From positions 160,001-224,000 of the forward strand of contig JBBDYJ010000038.1 of the NCBI GenBank assembly GCA_040901675.1: DNA of 64,000 nucleotides. The letters are read 5' to 3'. This stretch comes from Pirellulales bacterium. GTDB lineage: Bacteria; Planctomycetota; Planctomycetia; Pirellulales; JAICIG01. Position numbers and translations under genes: made by a program. This document shows positions 9,911 through 18,417 of the stretch, in pieces. The notes beneath the pieces were generated by a model. It was not told the origin of the DNA and did not search any database. It worked only from the letters and a program-made list of their open reading frames with translations. Each line of letters begins with the position of its first letter. Within the stretch, counting starts at the first letter, position 1.

Positions 9911-11767
9911 ATGTCCTCGGACACAGTCGAACTAGTTATAACTTGCCTTCTCGGAATCCTCGTTGCGACGACTGCGAGCACCGTTGGCCTTCTTTCTGTG
10001 TGGGCGGCCTGGGGGCGCGGGCACTGGTTCGTCAGGCTCGCCGTTGTCCTTGCCGTCCTTTCGCTGGGAATGGCGATTCCGGCCTACGACCTGATCCTGA
10101 TGTTCTTCACGCAGGCGGCCGTGGTTGTTCTTCCGCTCCTGCTCCTCCGACCGCTTCGCGCTGGCGGACGGTCTTCCAGCGAGGCGTCGGACCCGGGACA
10201 CCCTGGTCCTAGTCGGGCGGCCTGGGCGCGTTTTGGGCTGCGGCAGCTATTCCTCGCCATCGTGCTGGCCGGGGGGCTCCTTGCGATACCAGCCGCGGTG
10301 CCCAAGGAACTATGGGCCGAGTGGTTCGCCGATTCCTGGGGAGAGGGGCCGACGCTCGTGATGCTCGGCGCAAGCCTCGGCGCGGTCACCTTGGCGGCCG
10401 CCTGGGCCGCCCTCGGCAGGCGCTGGACGCTTGCGCGCTGGTCGCTATTGTGCCTGCTCGCCTTGATGGTCGGTGTTCTCTGGCGCCTGGCGGACTCCAT
10501 TCTGGGCTTGTCGAATCAAGGCTCCATGACCGAGTCCTGGTGGCTCGTATTCATTCCCGCGGCCGCAGCACTTACGGCGGCCGAGCTCGCGCTCGTCCAG
10601 GCCGTGATGCCTTCGCCCGATCGGCATGGTCACTGTAAGCCGCCGGCCAGCGCCTTCCGAAATCGCCCCACCGCCACGCGCATAGCTGGGCTGGGGGCGA
10701 CGGTTGGGGGCGCCCTGATCCTCTTGCCGCAAGCCTTTATCTACTACCACCTCGTCACTCCCACGCCGATTCCGCCAACAAGAATGCCGACCCCCAATGC
10801 CTACGATGCACTGGTGGAGCTGGGAACGCAGCTCGGCGGTGAACGCAATTTGTTCCAAGGCTACATCAGCGCCGTCGATGACGCTCTTCAGCGTCACATC
10901 ATCGGTCTTCCAAAGGAGGATGCGCAGGGAGGCGATCCTCGCCTTCAACATGAAACCGGGGACGAAGAACTGCGCCGCTTTGTCGCCCAACACCAGCCGC
11001 TCCTAGATCGTGCGCGCCTCGCGCTAGCGCGAGAGTCGGTTGTGCCGATTGACTACTTCACGTTTGAGCCTTTCGGGGAGAAACCGCCCAACCGGCTACA
11101 GGACTTGGGATTCGCCTTCGCCGCCGAAGGAACTTTAGCGATCCAGGAAGACGAGGCGCCCCGCGCAGTCCGCAGCTATTTGAACTGTATCGAGCTTGCG
11201 CGAGCCATGGCACACTGCGGCACGCTAGGCGATTGCGAGTATGCTGACGACATCGAGATGGTGGGAGTACGCGGCCTCGGTGTCTTGCGGCACAACCTCT
11301 CGTCCAGCCAATGCCGCGCGTTGGTCCAAACGCTGGCGGCAACCGACGCCTCGCGCGAACCCCTGGACGATGCGTTCGTCCGTGACCGCGCCCTTTGGGA
11401 TCATATGTTCGGCTGGCAAGGAAGACTCACGCGCGCTGCCGCGGATTTGGCTGGCTACTCGGAGGACCGAGCGTCGGCGGAAACCTCCCAGGCGCGTGTC
11501 GCTGCATTCTTGCGGCTGCTGATCTGCGACCTCGCTATCCGGTCGTACCGATTGGAACACGGGAAGCTCCCCGGCGACCTGAGGCAACTGGTTCCCGACG
11601 ACCTCGCGGCCTTGCCTGAGGACCCCTTTAGCAGAGCGCCCTTGGTGTACCGCCTCGAGGGCGAGGGCTACATGCTGTATAGCGTCGGGGTCAATCGCAC
11701 AGACGAGGGCGGACGGTCAGGCGAAGACGGCGATCTCCTGCTGAGCGCTGGCGGGCGAAATAGGTGA
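9911..11767 (+). CDS. Multi-pass membrane protein with a GspG/pseudopilin-like C-terminal motif
   Basis: Several N-terminal TM helices; C-terminal LAIRSYRLEHGKLP..L..LVP...LPEDPFS..PLVY...YMLYSVG.N..DEGG. Confidence 0.75.
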   Translation: MSSDTVELVITCLLGILVATTASTVGLLSVWAAWGRGHWFVRLAVVLAVLSLGMAIPAYDLILMFFTQAAVVVLPLLLLRPLRAGGRSSSEASDPGHPGPSRAAWARFGLRQLFLAIVLAGGLLAIPAAVPKELWAEWFADSWGEGPTLVMLGASLGAVTLAAAWAALGRRWTLARWSLLCLLALMVGVLWRLADSILGLSNQGSMTESWWLVFIPAAAALTAAELALVQAVMPSPDRHGHCKPPASAFRNRPTATRIAGLGATVGGALILLPQAFIYYHLVTPTPIPPTRMPTPNAYDALVELGTQLGGERNLFQGYISAVDDALQRHIIGLPKEDAQGGDPRLQHETGDEELRRFVAQHQPLLDRARLALARESVVPIDYFTFEPFGEKPPNRLQDLGFAFAAEGTLAIQEDEAPRAVRSYLNCIELARAMAHCGTLGDCEYADDIEMVGVRGLGVLRHNLSSSQCRALVQTLAATDASREPLDDAFVRDRALWDHMFGWQGRLTRAAADLAGYSEDRASAETSQARVAAFLRLLICDLAIRSYRLEHGKLPGDLRQLVPDDLAALPEDPFSRAPLVYRLEGEGYMLYSVGVNRTDEGGRSGEDGDLLLSAGGRNR

Positions 11768-11838
11768 CGTATTTGCTCGGCTGGGCGTCCGTTTAGGTTC
11801 CCGTCCAGCGCGGACAACGTAGCGCACAGGCTATCCGC

Positions 11839-12080
11839 TCAACCGGCTGGCTGGTCGGTATCCTCGCTACCGACGATTCCGCCGATGACCTGGGCGGCCT
11901 GCCATAAGTCGTCCACCACGTAGTCAGGGGCGACGGCCGGGTCGAGGGCGGCCTGGAGTCCGTAGCCGGTCCGTACCAAGAGCGTCGTCGCGCCCACGGC
12001 GCGGCCCAACTCGATGTCGCAAGCCTTGTCGCCGATCACGAAGGCCTCCGCCGGTCGAAAGCCGAGCTGGGCCGCGGCCG
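11839..12080 (-). pseudogene. Duplicated 3' end of gmhB
   Basis: Close copy of 14148-14389 (IGDKACDI...TLLVRTGYG...PDYVVDDL). Confidence 0.88.
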
Positions 12081-12087
12081 GGATGGC

Positions 12088-12363
12088 AAACGGGACAGGT
12101 CTAATTTCAGGGTGCTAGGGCTTTTTGGGCGCCTGCGCGGGTGAAGTGTGGACTCCAAGCCCAGGGATTCGGCCGTACGCTTCGTCCATGTCGGCCAGCC
12201 GAAGGGCTGGCCGCGGGAGATACTTGGCAAACAACCGCATGCGCCCCACGCCGCGGTTGAGGACGTGAAAAACCATTCCCCTGGGGCGGCACGAGCACTC
12301 CTCGGCATGCTCGAAATCTAATGCCTCTCACGCTCCCAGTCAAGAATTAGACGTGTCCCGTTT
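12088..12363 (-). mobile_element. MITE-like internally deleted Y1 (RAYT/IS200-like) transposase between 19-bp inverted repeats
   Basis: IRs AAACGGGACAGGTCTAATT and AATTAGACGTGTCCCGTTT match 18/19. Inside, MPRSARAAPG / MVFHVLNRGVGRMRLF is joined to RGQPFG...LGLESTLHPRRRPK. Confidence 0.7.
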
Positions 12364-12429
12364 ACGTCCCCGCACTGCCCGGAGCATGGCGTTCGAGCGG
12401 TTCGCATTCCCTGGGCGGAACCCAACAGC

Positions 12430-12525
12430 CACTTCATCGGCCCCGACCTGCAGGAGCGGTTGGCCACCGAGCTCGACCGCCCCGAAGTCGACCCGCACGG
12501 CAAGCAGATTCCGCCCGAGGGCTGA
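12430..12525 (+). pseudogene. Diverged duplicate of the troD 3' end
   Basis: HFIGPDLQERLATELDRPEVDPHGKQIPPEG*, matching 9308-9403. Confidence 0.88.
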
Positions 12526-12544
12526 ACGCCGCTCGTCCGTGGTC

Positions 12545-12798
12545 GCCATGTCCCACCGTCCGAGCTGCGTCTCCGACCAGGTCGAGTCGGCATTCTGGAC
12601 CAGCTTGTTCTCGGCCCCGTCCGGGGCCGTGTAGACGCCATTCGCGTCCTTGTTGGTGTAGGTCAGCGAGAGGCCGTTCCCCTTGTGGACGACGGCCGTG
12701 GTGCTGTTGACGACGATGATCTTTTGCTTGTAGTTCATGTCCCAGTTGGCGCCGAACTCGCCGCTGGCGGTCTGGTTGAAGCGGTTGTAGGTGAACAC
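12545..12798 (-). pseudogene. RHS/YD-repeat N-terminal (DUF6531-like) fragment, second copy
   Basis: FTYNRFNQTASGEFGANWDMNY...GVYTAPDGAENKLVQNADSTWSETQ. Confidence 0.65.
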
Positions 12799-12991
12799 GG
12801 GCCAGGGGGCCAGCAGGTCGGTCTGGATGTCTTATTGTCAGGCGTCTTATTGTCAGCCAGCCGTAGCCCCGCCAGCGGGCGTTGTCCCCCAACGGCTCGC
12901 GTGCGGCTGTTGAATGTTCCTTCAGGGCTGGCCTGGCGCGAGCGGTCTGCGACGTTGCATGGCCGCTGCTCGGGCACTAAGATGCCCGGTT

Positions 12992-14065
12992 ATGACCACG
13001 TCGGACCGCCTTGAGGCACCCGCTGCACGCAAGGGTTTCAAGTTCCGCCTTCGGACGCTGCTGGCGGTTGTTACGATCCTCTGCCTCATCTTGGCGGCCT
13101 TCTTTTCGAATTATCCGCAAAGGCAACTCCTGTCTCGCATCGAGGCGCGAGGCCAAGTTCGCTACAACGGCTGGGAAGTTGTTGGGATTTGGGCTCCTTT
13201 CTTCCATTTGACCGACGCGGACCTGGCGTTGTTGGCGGATCTCGATGGGCTGGAAATCCTTGTCGCTGCCAGTGAGGCCGTCACTGATCGCGGAGTGGCG
13301 CAACTGGCCGGCTTCAGCCGCCTGGTCCATTTGAATCTCTCGCGGAGTGCCGTAACGGATGCCGGATTGAGCAGCCTCTCAGGCCTGACCCGGCTCGAGC
13401 GCCTCGATTTGGAGCAGACCGCGGTGAGCGATGCAGGCATCGCGCAACTGGCTGGTCTGACGAATCTCAAGCACTTGGAGCTTGGTCGCACGAGAGTGAC
13501 GGATGGGGCCCTGATGCACCTGCGAGGGATGGTCAAACTTGAACAACTCAATCTGCACGAAACGAACGTAACCAGCGCAGGGCTGACTCACTTCGCACCG
13601 CTGACTCAACTGAGGATCTTGGATCTGGATCGAACTCAGGTAGCAGGTGCGGGGTTCGAACATCTGCGCCGCATGGCCGATTTAAGCATGCTGTTTCTTT
13701 CCGAGACCAGGGTGAACGACAAGACCCTCGAGCACGTGGGGCGACTGCCCGGCCTGGGTGTGCTGTGCGTGGACCAGAGCAACATCACGGATGCGGGGTT
13801 GGATCGGCTCACCCTATTGAACCTGTGGGATCTTTCGATCTCCGGCACTCGGGTGACCGACGCCGGTCTCGCGAGTCTGAAGCGACAAACCAAACTGCAG
13901 CATCTTGACCTTTCGGGCACCGCGGTAACCGATGCCGGGCTGTCGCACTTGGAGGGACTCAGTACGCTGGACAAACTCCGTATCTCGAACTGCCCAAAGC
14001 TCACCGACGCAGCGGTAGCGAAACTTCAAGAGGCGTTGCCGCGGTGCATCATCGATACTCAATAG
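12992..14065 (+). CDS. Membrane-anchored leucine-rich repeat protein
   Basis: FRLRTLLAVVT N-terminal anchor; about 11 repeats of 24 aa (LxxLxLxxTxVTDAGLxxL). Confidence 0.9.
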   Translation: MTTSDRLEAPAARKGFKFRLRTLLAVVTILCLILAAFFSNYPQRQLLSRIEARGQVRYNGWEVVGIWAPFFHLTDADLALLADLDGLEILVAASEAVTDRGVAQLAGFSRLVHLNLSRSAVTDAGLSSLSGLTRLERLDLEQTAVSDAGIAQLAGLTNLKHLELGRTRVTDGALMHLRGMVKLEQLNLHETNVTSAGLTHFAPLTQLRILDLDRTQVAGAGFEHLRRMADLSMLFLSETRVNDKTLEHVGRLPGLGVLCVDQSNITDAGLDRLTLLNLWDLSISGTRVTDAGLASLKRQTKLQHLDLSGTAVTDAGLSHLEGLSTLDKLRISNCPKLTDAAVAKLQEALPRCIIDTQ

Positions 14066-14106
14066 GCTCGATGTGAGTGGCTCGACGCCTCAGAACACCC
14101 TCAGGA

Positions 14107-14139
14107 GCAAGCAGATACCGCCCGAGGGGTGAAAGCGGC
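14107..14139 (+). repeat. 33-bp direct repeat, right copy
   Basis: Identical to 9378-9410 and 8 nt from the gmhB stop. Confidence 0.9.
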
Positions 14140-14147
14140 GTGTGCAA

Positions 14148-14714
14148 TCAACCCGCAGGCTGGACGGTATCCTCGCTACCGACGATTCCGCCGATGACCT
14201 GGGCGGCCTCCCATAAGTCGTCCACCACGTAGTCGGGGGCGACGGCCGGGTCGAGGGCGGCCTGGGCTCCATAGCCGGTCCGCACCAGCAGCGTCGTCGC
14301 GCCCACGGCGCGGCCCAGGTCGATGTCGCAGGCCTTGTCGCCGATGACAAAGGCCTCTTCCGGTCGAAAGCCAAGCTGGGCCGCGGCCGCTTCAACCAAC
14401 CCGGGCCGCGGTTTGCGGCAGCGGCAGCCGGTCTCCGGCGCGTGCGGGCAGCAAAAGATGCCGTCCAACTCGATGCCGTGGGGTGCAAGGAGTTGCCGCA
14501 ATCGCTCGTGTACGCGGTCCAGACACTCCTGACCGAACAGCCCTCGCCCCACGGCCGACTGGTTGGTCAGTACGGCCAGCCCCAAGCCCATCCGCGACAA
14601 GCTGGCCAGGCCGCGCGCGGCGCCTGGCAGCAACTCGAGCTGGTCCGGATCCGACACGTAGTGCCGCTCCACGTTCAGCGTGCCGTCGCGATCCAAGAGC
14701 ACAAACCGTCTCAT
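14148..14714 (-). CDS. gmhB: D-glycero-D-manno-heptose-1,7-bisphosphate phosphatase (HAD IIIA)
   Basis: LDRDGTLN, TNQS, CPH...CRCRKPRPG and IGDK motifs. Confidence 0.88.
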   Translation of the reverse strand: MRRFVLLDRDGTLNVERHYVSDPDQLELLPGAARGLASLSRMGLGLAVLTNQSAVGRGLFGQECLDRVHERLRQLLAPHGIELDGIFCCPHAPETGCRCRKPRPGLVEAAAAQLGFRPEEAFVIGDKACDIDLGRAVGATTLLVRTGYGAQAALDPAVAPDYVVDDLWEAAQVIGGIVGSEDTVQPAG

Positions 14715-15847
14715 CGTGTGTCGCCCCAACCTTGGCCAAGCATCAACTCGACAATCCGCCGTGCCGCCTGCCCATCGCCGTAAGGATTAACGTCGATGCG
14801 CCGCTGGGCATAGGCCTCGCGGTCGGTCAGCAGCAAAGTCGTCCGGCTCACGATGCGCTCGACGTCGGTGCCCACGAGCTCGACGGCGCCGGCCTCGACC
14901 GCCTCGGGCCGCTCGGTGGTGTCCCGCGTGACCAGCACCGGCTTGCCGAGCGAAGGAGCTTCCTCCTGGATGCCGCCTGAGTCGGTCAGGATGAGATGCG
15001 AGCGGTCCATCAGCCACACGAACGCCGGATAGCCGACCGGTTCGACCAACTGCACGTTGGCCAGTCCGGCCAGCAGCGGTCGGACCGCGGATTGCACCCG
15101 TGGATTCAAGTGGACGGGATACAGGAACACGACGTCGGGGAAGCGGGTGGCAAGCGTGGCGATGGCCTGGCACACCCGCTCCAGACCGGCGCCAAGGTTT
15201 TCGCGGCGGTGGCCGGTGACGAGCACCAATCGCCGATCGCCGAGCATGGCAAACTGCCGCTGCCAGTGGGCCGCGTTGGCCCGCTCGCGCTGGCGCGTGC
15301 TCAGCAGGGCATCGATCACCGTGTTGCCCGTCACGTGGATGTTGGAGGGGAGAACGCCTTCTGCCTCCAAGTTGGCGGCCGCCCGCATGGTGGGCGCGCA
15401 GTGCAGCGTGGCGGCCAGGCTGGCCACGCGGCGATTCATTTCTTCGGGCCAGGGCGACAGCAGGTTGCCCGTCCGCAGGCCCGCCTCGACGTGCACCAGC
15501 GGGATGCGGCGCAAGAATGCCGCCAGCGCGGCTGCCATCACCGTGGATGTATCGCCTTGGGCCACCACGCAATGTGGCCGGATGCGGGCCAGTTGGCCGT
15601 CGAGCTCGGCCAGGCAGCGGGCGGTCACCTCGGCCGGCGACTGGTCGGGACGCATCACGGCGAGATCGACGTCGGCCCGGATGTCGAAGTAGTCGGTGAC
15701 CTGCGCCAGGAGCTCGCGATGCTGGCCCGTGAGGCAGACCACCGTCTCGATCTCATCGGATCGCCGCCGGCACTCGTCGATGATCGGCGCCATCTTGATG
15801 GCTTCCGGTCGAGTGCCAAAGGTCAGGAAGGCGCGGAGGCTCGGCAA
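14711..15847 (-). CDS. wecB: UDP-N-acetylglucosamine 2-epimerase (non-hydrolysing)
   Basis: FGTRPEAIKMAP, HVEAGLRT, TDSGGIQEEAP and NPYGDG motifs. Confidence 0.95.
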   Translation of the reverse strand: MPSLRAFLTFGTRPEAIKMAPIIDECRRRSDEIETVVCLTGQHRELLAQVTDYFDIRADVDLAVMRPDQSPAEVTARCLAELDGQLARIRPHCVVAQGDTSTVMAAALAAFLRRIPLVHVEAGLRTGNLLSPWPEEMNRRVASLAATLHCAPTMRAAANLEAEGVLPSNIHVTGNTVIDALLSTRQRERANAAHWQRQFAMLGDRRLVLVTGHRRENLGAGLERVCQAIATLATRFPDVVFLYPVHLNPRVQSAVRPLLAGLANVQLVEPVGYPAFVWLMDRSHLILTDSGGIQEEAPSLGKPVLVTRDTTERPEAVEAGAVELVGTDVERIVSRTTLLLTDREAYAQRRIDVNPYGDGQAARRIVELMLGQGWGDTR

Positions 15848-15857
15848 GGGCGATACC

Positions 15858-16937
15858 TCAGCGGAGGGCCCGCTCGATGTCGGCCCGGGTCACCGGCTCG
15901 ATCACGCCCCGTTCGCAGATGATCGCCTTGATCAGCCGGGCGGGCGTGACGTCGAAGGCCGGATTGTAGACGTCGACGCCGTCGGGCGCCGTCTGGCGTC
16001 CGAATCCATGCGTGATCTCGTCCGGTGAGCGTTGCTCGATGGGAATCGCATCGCCGCAGGCAAGCGACAGGTCGAACGTGCTCTTCGGCGCGGCCACGTA
16101 AAAGGGGATGCCATGCGCCGCGGCCAGCAGGGCCACGCCGTAGGTGCCGATCTTGTTGGCCGTGTCGCCGTTGGCGGCAATGCGATCGGCCCCGGTCACC
16201 ACCGCCTGCACCCGCCCTTCGCGCATGACCTGGGCCGCCGTCGAGTCGCAGATCAGCGTCACGTCGATGCCCCGCTGCTTGAGCTCCCAGGCGGTCAGCC
16301 GGCTTCCCTGCAACAGCGGCCGCGTTTCGCCGGCATAGACGTGCAGCCGTTTGCCTTGCTCATGCGCGGCGAAGAACACGGCCAGCGCCGTGCCATAGTC
16401 GGCCGTTGCCAGGCCGCCGGCATTACAGTGGGTGAGCACTCCCTGGCCGTCGGCCAGCAGTGCCGCGCCGTGCCGGCCGATGGCCCTGCACGTGGCGCGG
16501 TCCAGCTCGTGGATCGCCCGAGCTTCGTCCAGCAGCCGTTCGGCCAGTTGGCGGCCATGCCGGTCCGGATGCCGAAGCACGACGCTTTTCATGCGATCCA
16601 GCGCCCAGAACAGGTTGACCGCCGTGGGTCTGCTGCCGGCCAGGTACCGGCAAACCTCATCGAGCCGATCGGCCGCCGCCGCGGATGCCGGCTTGGATGA
16701 CTCTGCCAGCAGCACGCTCTGCATGCCAAGGCACACTCCGTAGGCCGCCGCGATGCCGATGGCCGGTGCTCCGCGGATGCGCAACTCGCGAATGGCTTCA
16801 TGCACGGCCTCCGCGTCCGGGCACTCGACCTCAACGAACTCGGTGGGCAAGCGAGTCTGGTCGATCAGCCACAAGTGGCCGTCGACGCCGCCTACCCATC
16901 GCAGTGTTTCCAGGGCGGCCGTGGTGGAGGCACTCAT
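15858..16937 (-). CDS. mtnA: S-methyl-5-thioribose-1-phosphate isomerase
   Basis: IRGAPAIG, SRPTAVNL, THCNAGGLAT, ETRPLLQGSRLT and NPAFDVTP motifs. Confidence 0.95.
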   Translation of the reverse strand: MSASTTAALETLRWVGGVDGHLWLIDQTRLPTEFVEVECPDAEAVHEAIRELRIRGAPAIGIAAAYGVCLGMQSVLLAESSKPASAAAADRLDEVCRYLAGSRPTAVNLFWALDRMKSVVLRHPDRHGRQLAERLLDEARAIHELDRATCRAIGRHGAALLADGQGVLTHCNAGGLATADYGTALAVFFAAHEQGKRLHVYAGETRPLLQGSRLTAWELKQRGIDVTLICDSTAAQVMREGRVQAVVTGADRIAANGDTANKIGTYGVALLAAAHGIPFYVAAPKSTFDLSLACGDAIPIEQRSPDEITHGFGRQTAPDGVDVYNPAFDVTPARLIKAIICERGVIEPVTRADIERALR

Positions 16938-17238
16938 GCGCAGTTCCACTCCGAGAGGTTTCATCGCGAACGTCTTGCTGGAGCGTGCAGTTGTGGCACG
17001 CGGCATCCTACATGATATTCCCGGCCGCTGGAATCCGACTCTCCGCAAGTGCAGCGCTTTGCCGCACTGGTCCGGCTCCGTTTTGATTGCCGCTTTCGTG
17101 AAGGCCGCTCGGCGGCTCGCCCGCCTCGAACAGCTCCGCATCCCCCGCGACCGGATTATTGTGCCGGGCTCGATGCGCCCCGCTACTGATATCTGGACGG
17201 GCCGGCTATACTGTGTTTGGGTAACTTGAATGCGAGGC

Positions 17239-17874
17239 ATGGCCGTGGCTCTTCAAGAATTCTGGTCCAACGTCAAGGCTGCCGGTAGCGCATTATTCCA
17301 TGAGTTTGAAACAGAAACCGTGGGTCTGGGCCCTCACCGGCCTGCGGCGCATGCGACGCTTTGGCTTACGCCGGCGGCCGTGGCAGGATTCGACGCGGCC
17401 GATTTTTCCTTTATGCCTCCCGCCCAGCGTGAAGAATTGAGGAAGGCCGTGGAAGGCTTTCGAAGGGCGGCGGAGAACGCGGAAAAAGAGCCTTCCTCGA
17501 TGGAGCATGTCGACGAAGCACTGCGCAACCTCAAGGGCGTATGGGATCTCTTGCAGCTTGACGCGCACGACGACGTGGAAGCGCTTCGCATCGCCGAGAT
17601 CCTGAAGAACGTGCATTTCGAGGAGCCATTATCCAGCTCGATTGCCGAACTGAGGCATTCACTCGACGTCGACTCCTCGGGCGAGCCGGCGGTTTGGATC
17701 TGGGTGATTGTTGACGACGAGGCTGCCAAGCGCGACCGGTTCTTCGAGCACACGGCAACCGTGAGGCAATCGATCCAGTCGGCGTTGCGCCGCCACGGCG
17801 TCCGGCGGTGGCCCTACATCCATTTTCGAACAGTGTCCGAGCAAAAGGACCTGGATGAGCGGAAGCCAGAATGA
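17239..17874 (+). CDS. Hypothetical protein, putative partner of the HEPN protein
   Basis: C-terminal DVDSSGEPAVWIWVIVDD...WPYIHFRT; 4-nt overlap with the HEPN gene. Confidence 0.7.
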   Translation: MAVALQEFWSNVKAAGSALFHEFETETVGLGPHRPAAHATLWLTPAAVAGFDAADFSFMPPAQREELRKAVEGFRRAAENAEKEPSSMEHVDEALRNLKGVWDLLQLDAHDDVEALRIAEILKNVHFEEPLSSSIAELRHSLDVDSSGEPAVWIWVIVDDEAAKRDRFFEHTATVRQSIQSALRRHGVRRWPYIHFRTVSEQKDLDERKPE

Positions 17875-18365
17875 GCTTGCATGGCGATCTCTTGGAGCAG
17901 GCGAAACATCTGGCCAAGCGCGAGTCTCGGCGCCCCCGGCAAGCAAGTCTCCGGCGGTCGGTTTCAAGCGCCTACTATGCGCTGTTCCATCTGCTTGTCG
18001 ATGAAGCGGCGAAAATGCTGGTTGGAGGCAAGCCGTTACAGTGCCTGGTGAGCAGAGCTTTTCTGCACGACGAAATGAAACAGGCCTCAACCTCTTTTGC
18101 CGCGGGCGGCCTGCCGCCGCACGTCCTCGGCCTGTTCACCGGCGCTGTTCCACGGGACCTGCAACTTGTAGCAAGCGTCTTCGTCGATCTACAAGAAGCT
18201 CGTCACGAGGCGGATTACAAAGTCGACCGGATCTTTACGCGAAGCGAAGTTCAAGCTCTCGTGAGCCTCGGCGACCAGGCCTTCCAAGCCTGGAAGAGAG
18301 TGCGCGTGCAGGAAATTGCCACGATCTATCTGGCGTCGCTATTGCTTTGGAAGCGATGGCGCTGA
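17871..18365 (+). CDS. HEPN domain-containing protein
   Basis: LLEQAKHL...RRSVSSAYYALFH...LQEARHEADY. Confidence 0.82.
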   Translation: MSLHGDLLEQAKHLAKRESRRPRQASLRRSVSSAYYALFHLLVDEAAKMLVGGKPLQCLVSRAFLHDEMKQASTSFAAGGLPPHVLGLFTGAVPRDLQLVASVFVDLQEARHEADYKVDRIFTRSEVQALVSLGDQAFQAWKRVRVQEIATIYLASLLLWKRWR

Positions 18366-18417
18366 CCCATCGTATCCTCTTCTTCACAGGCCGCGCGCAC
18401 TGACAGCCACCTGCCAG

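Noticed and set aside
9308..12798. Diverged repeat pair as a DGR template/variable region
   Set aside because: No reverse transcriptase is present, and the differences are not adenine-specific.
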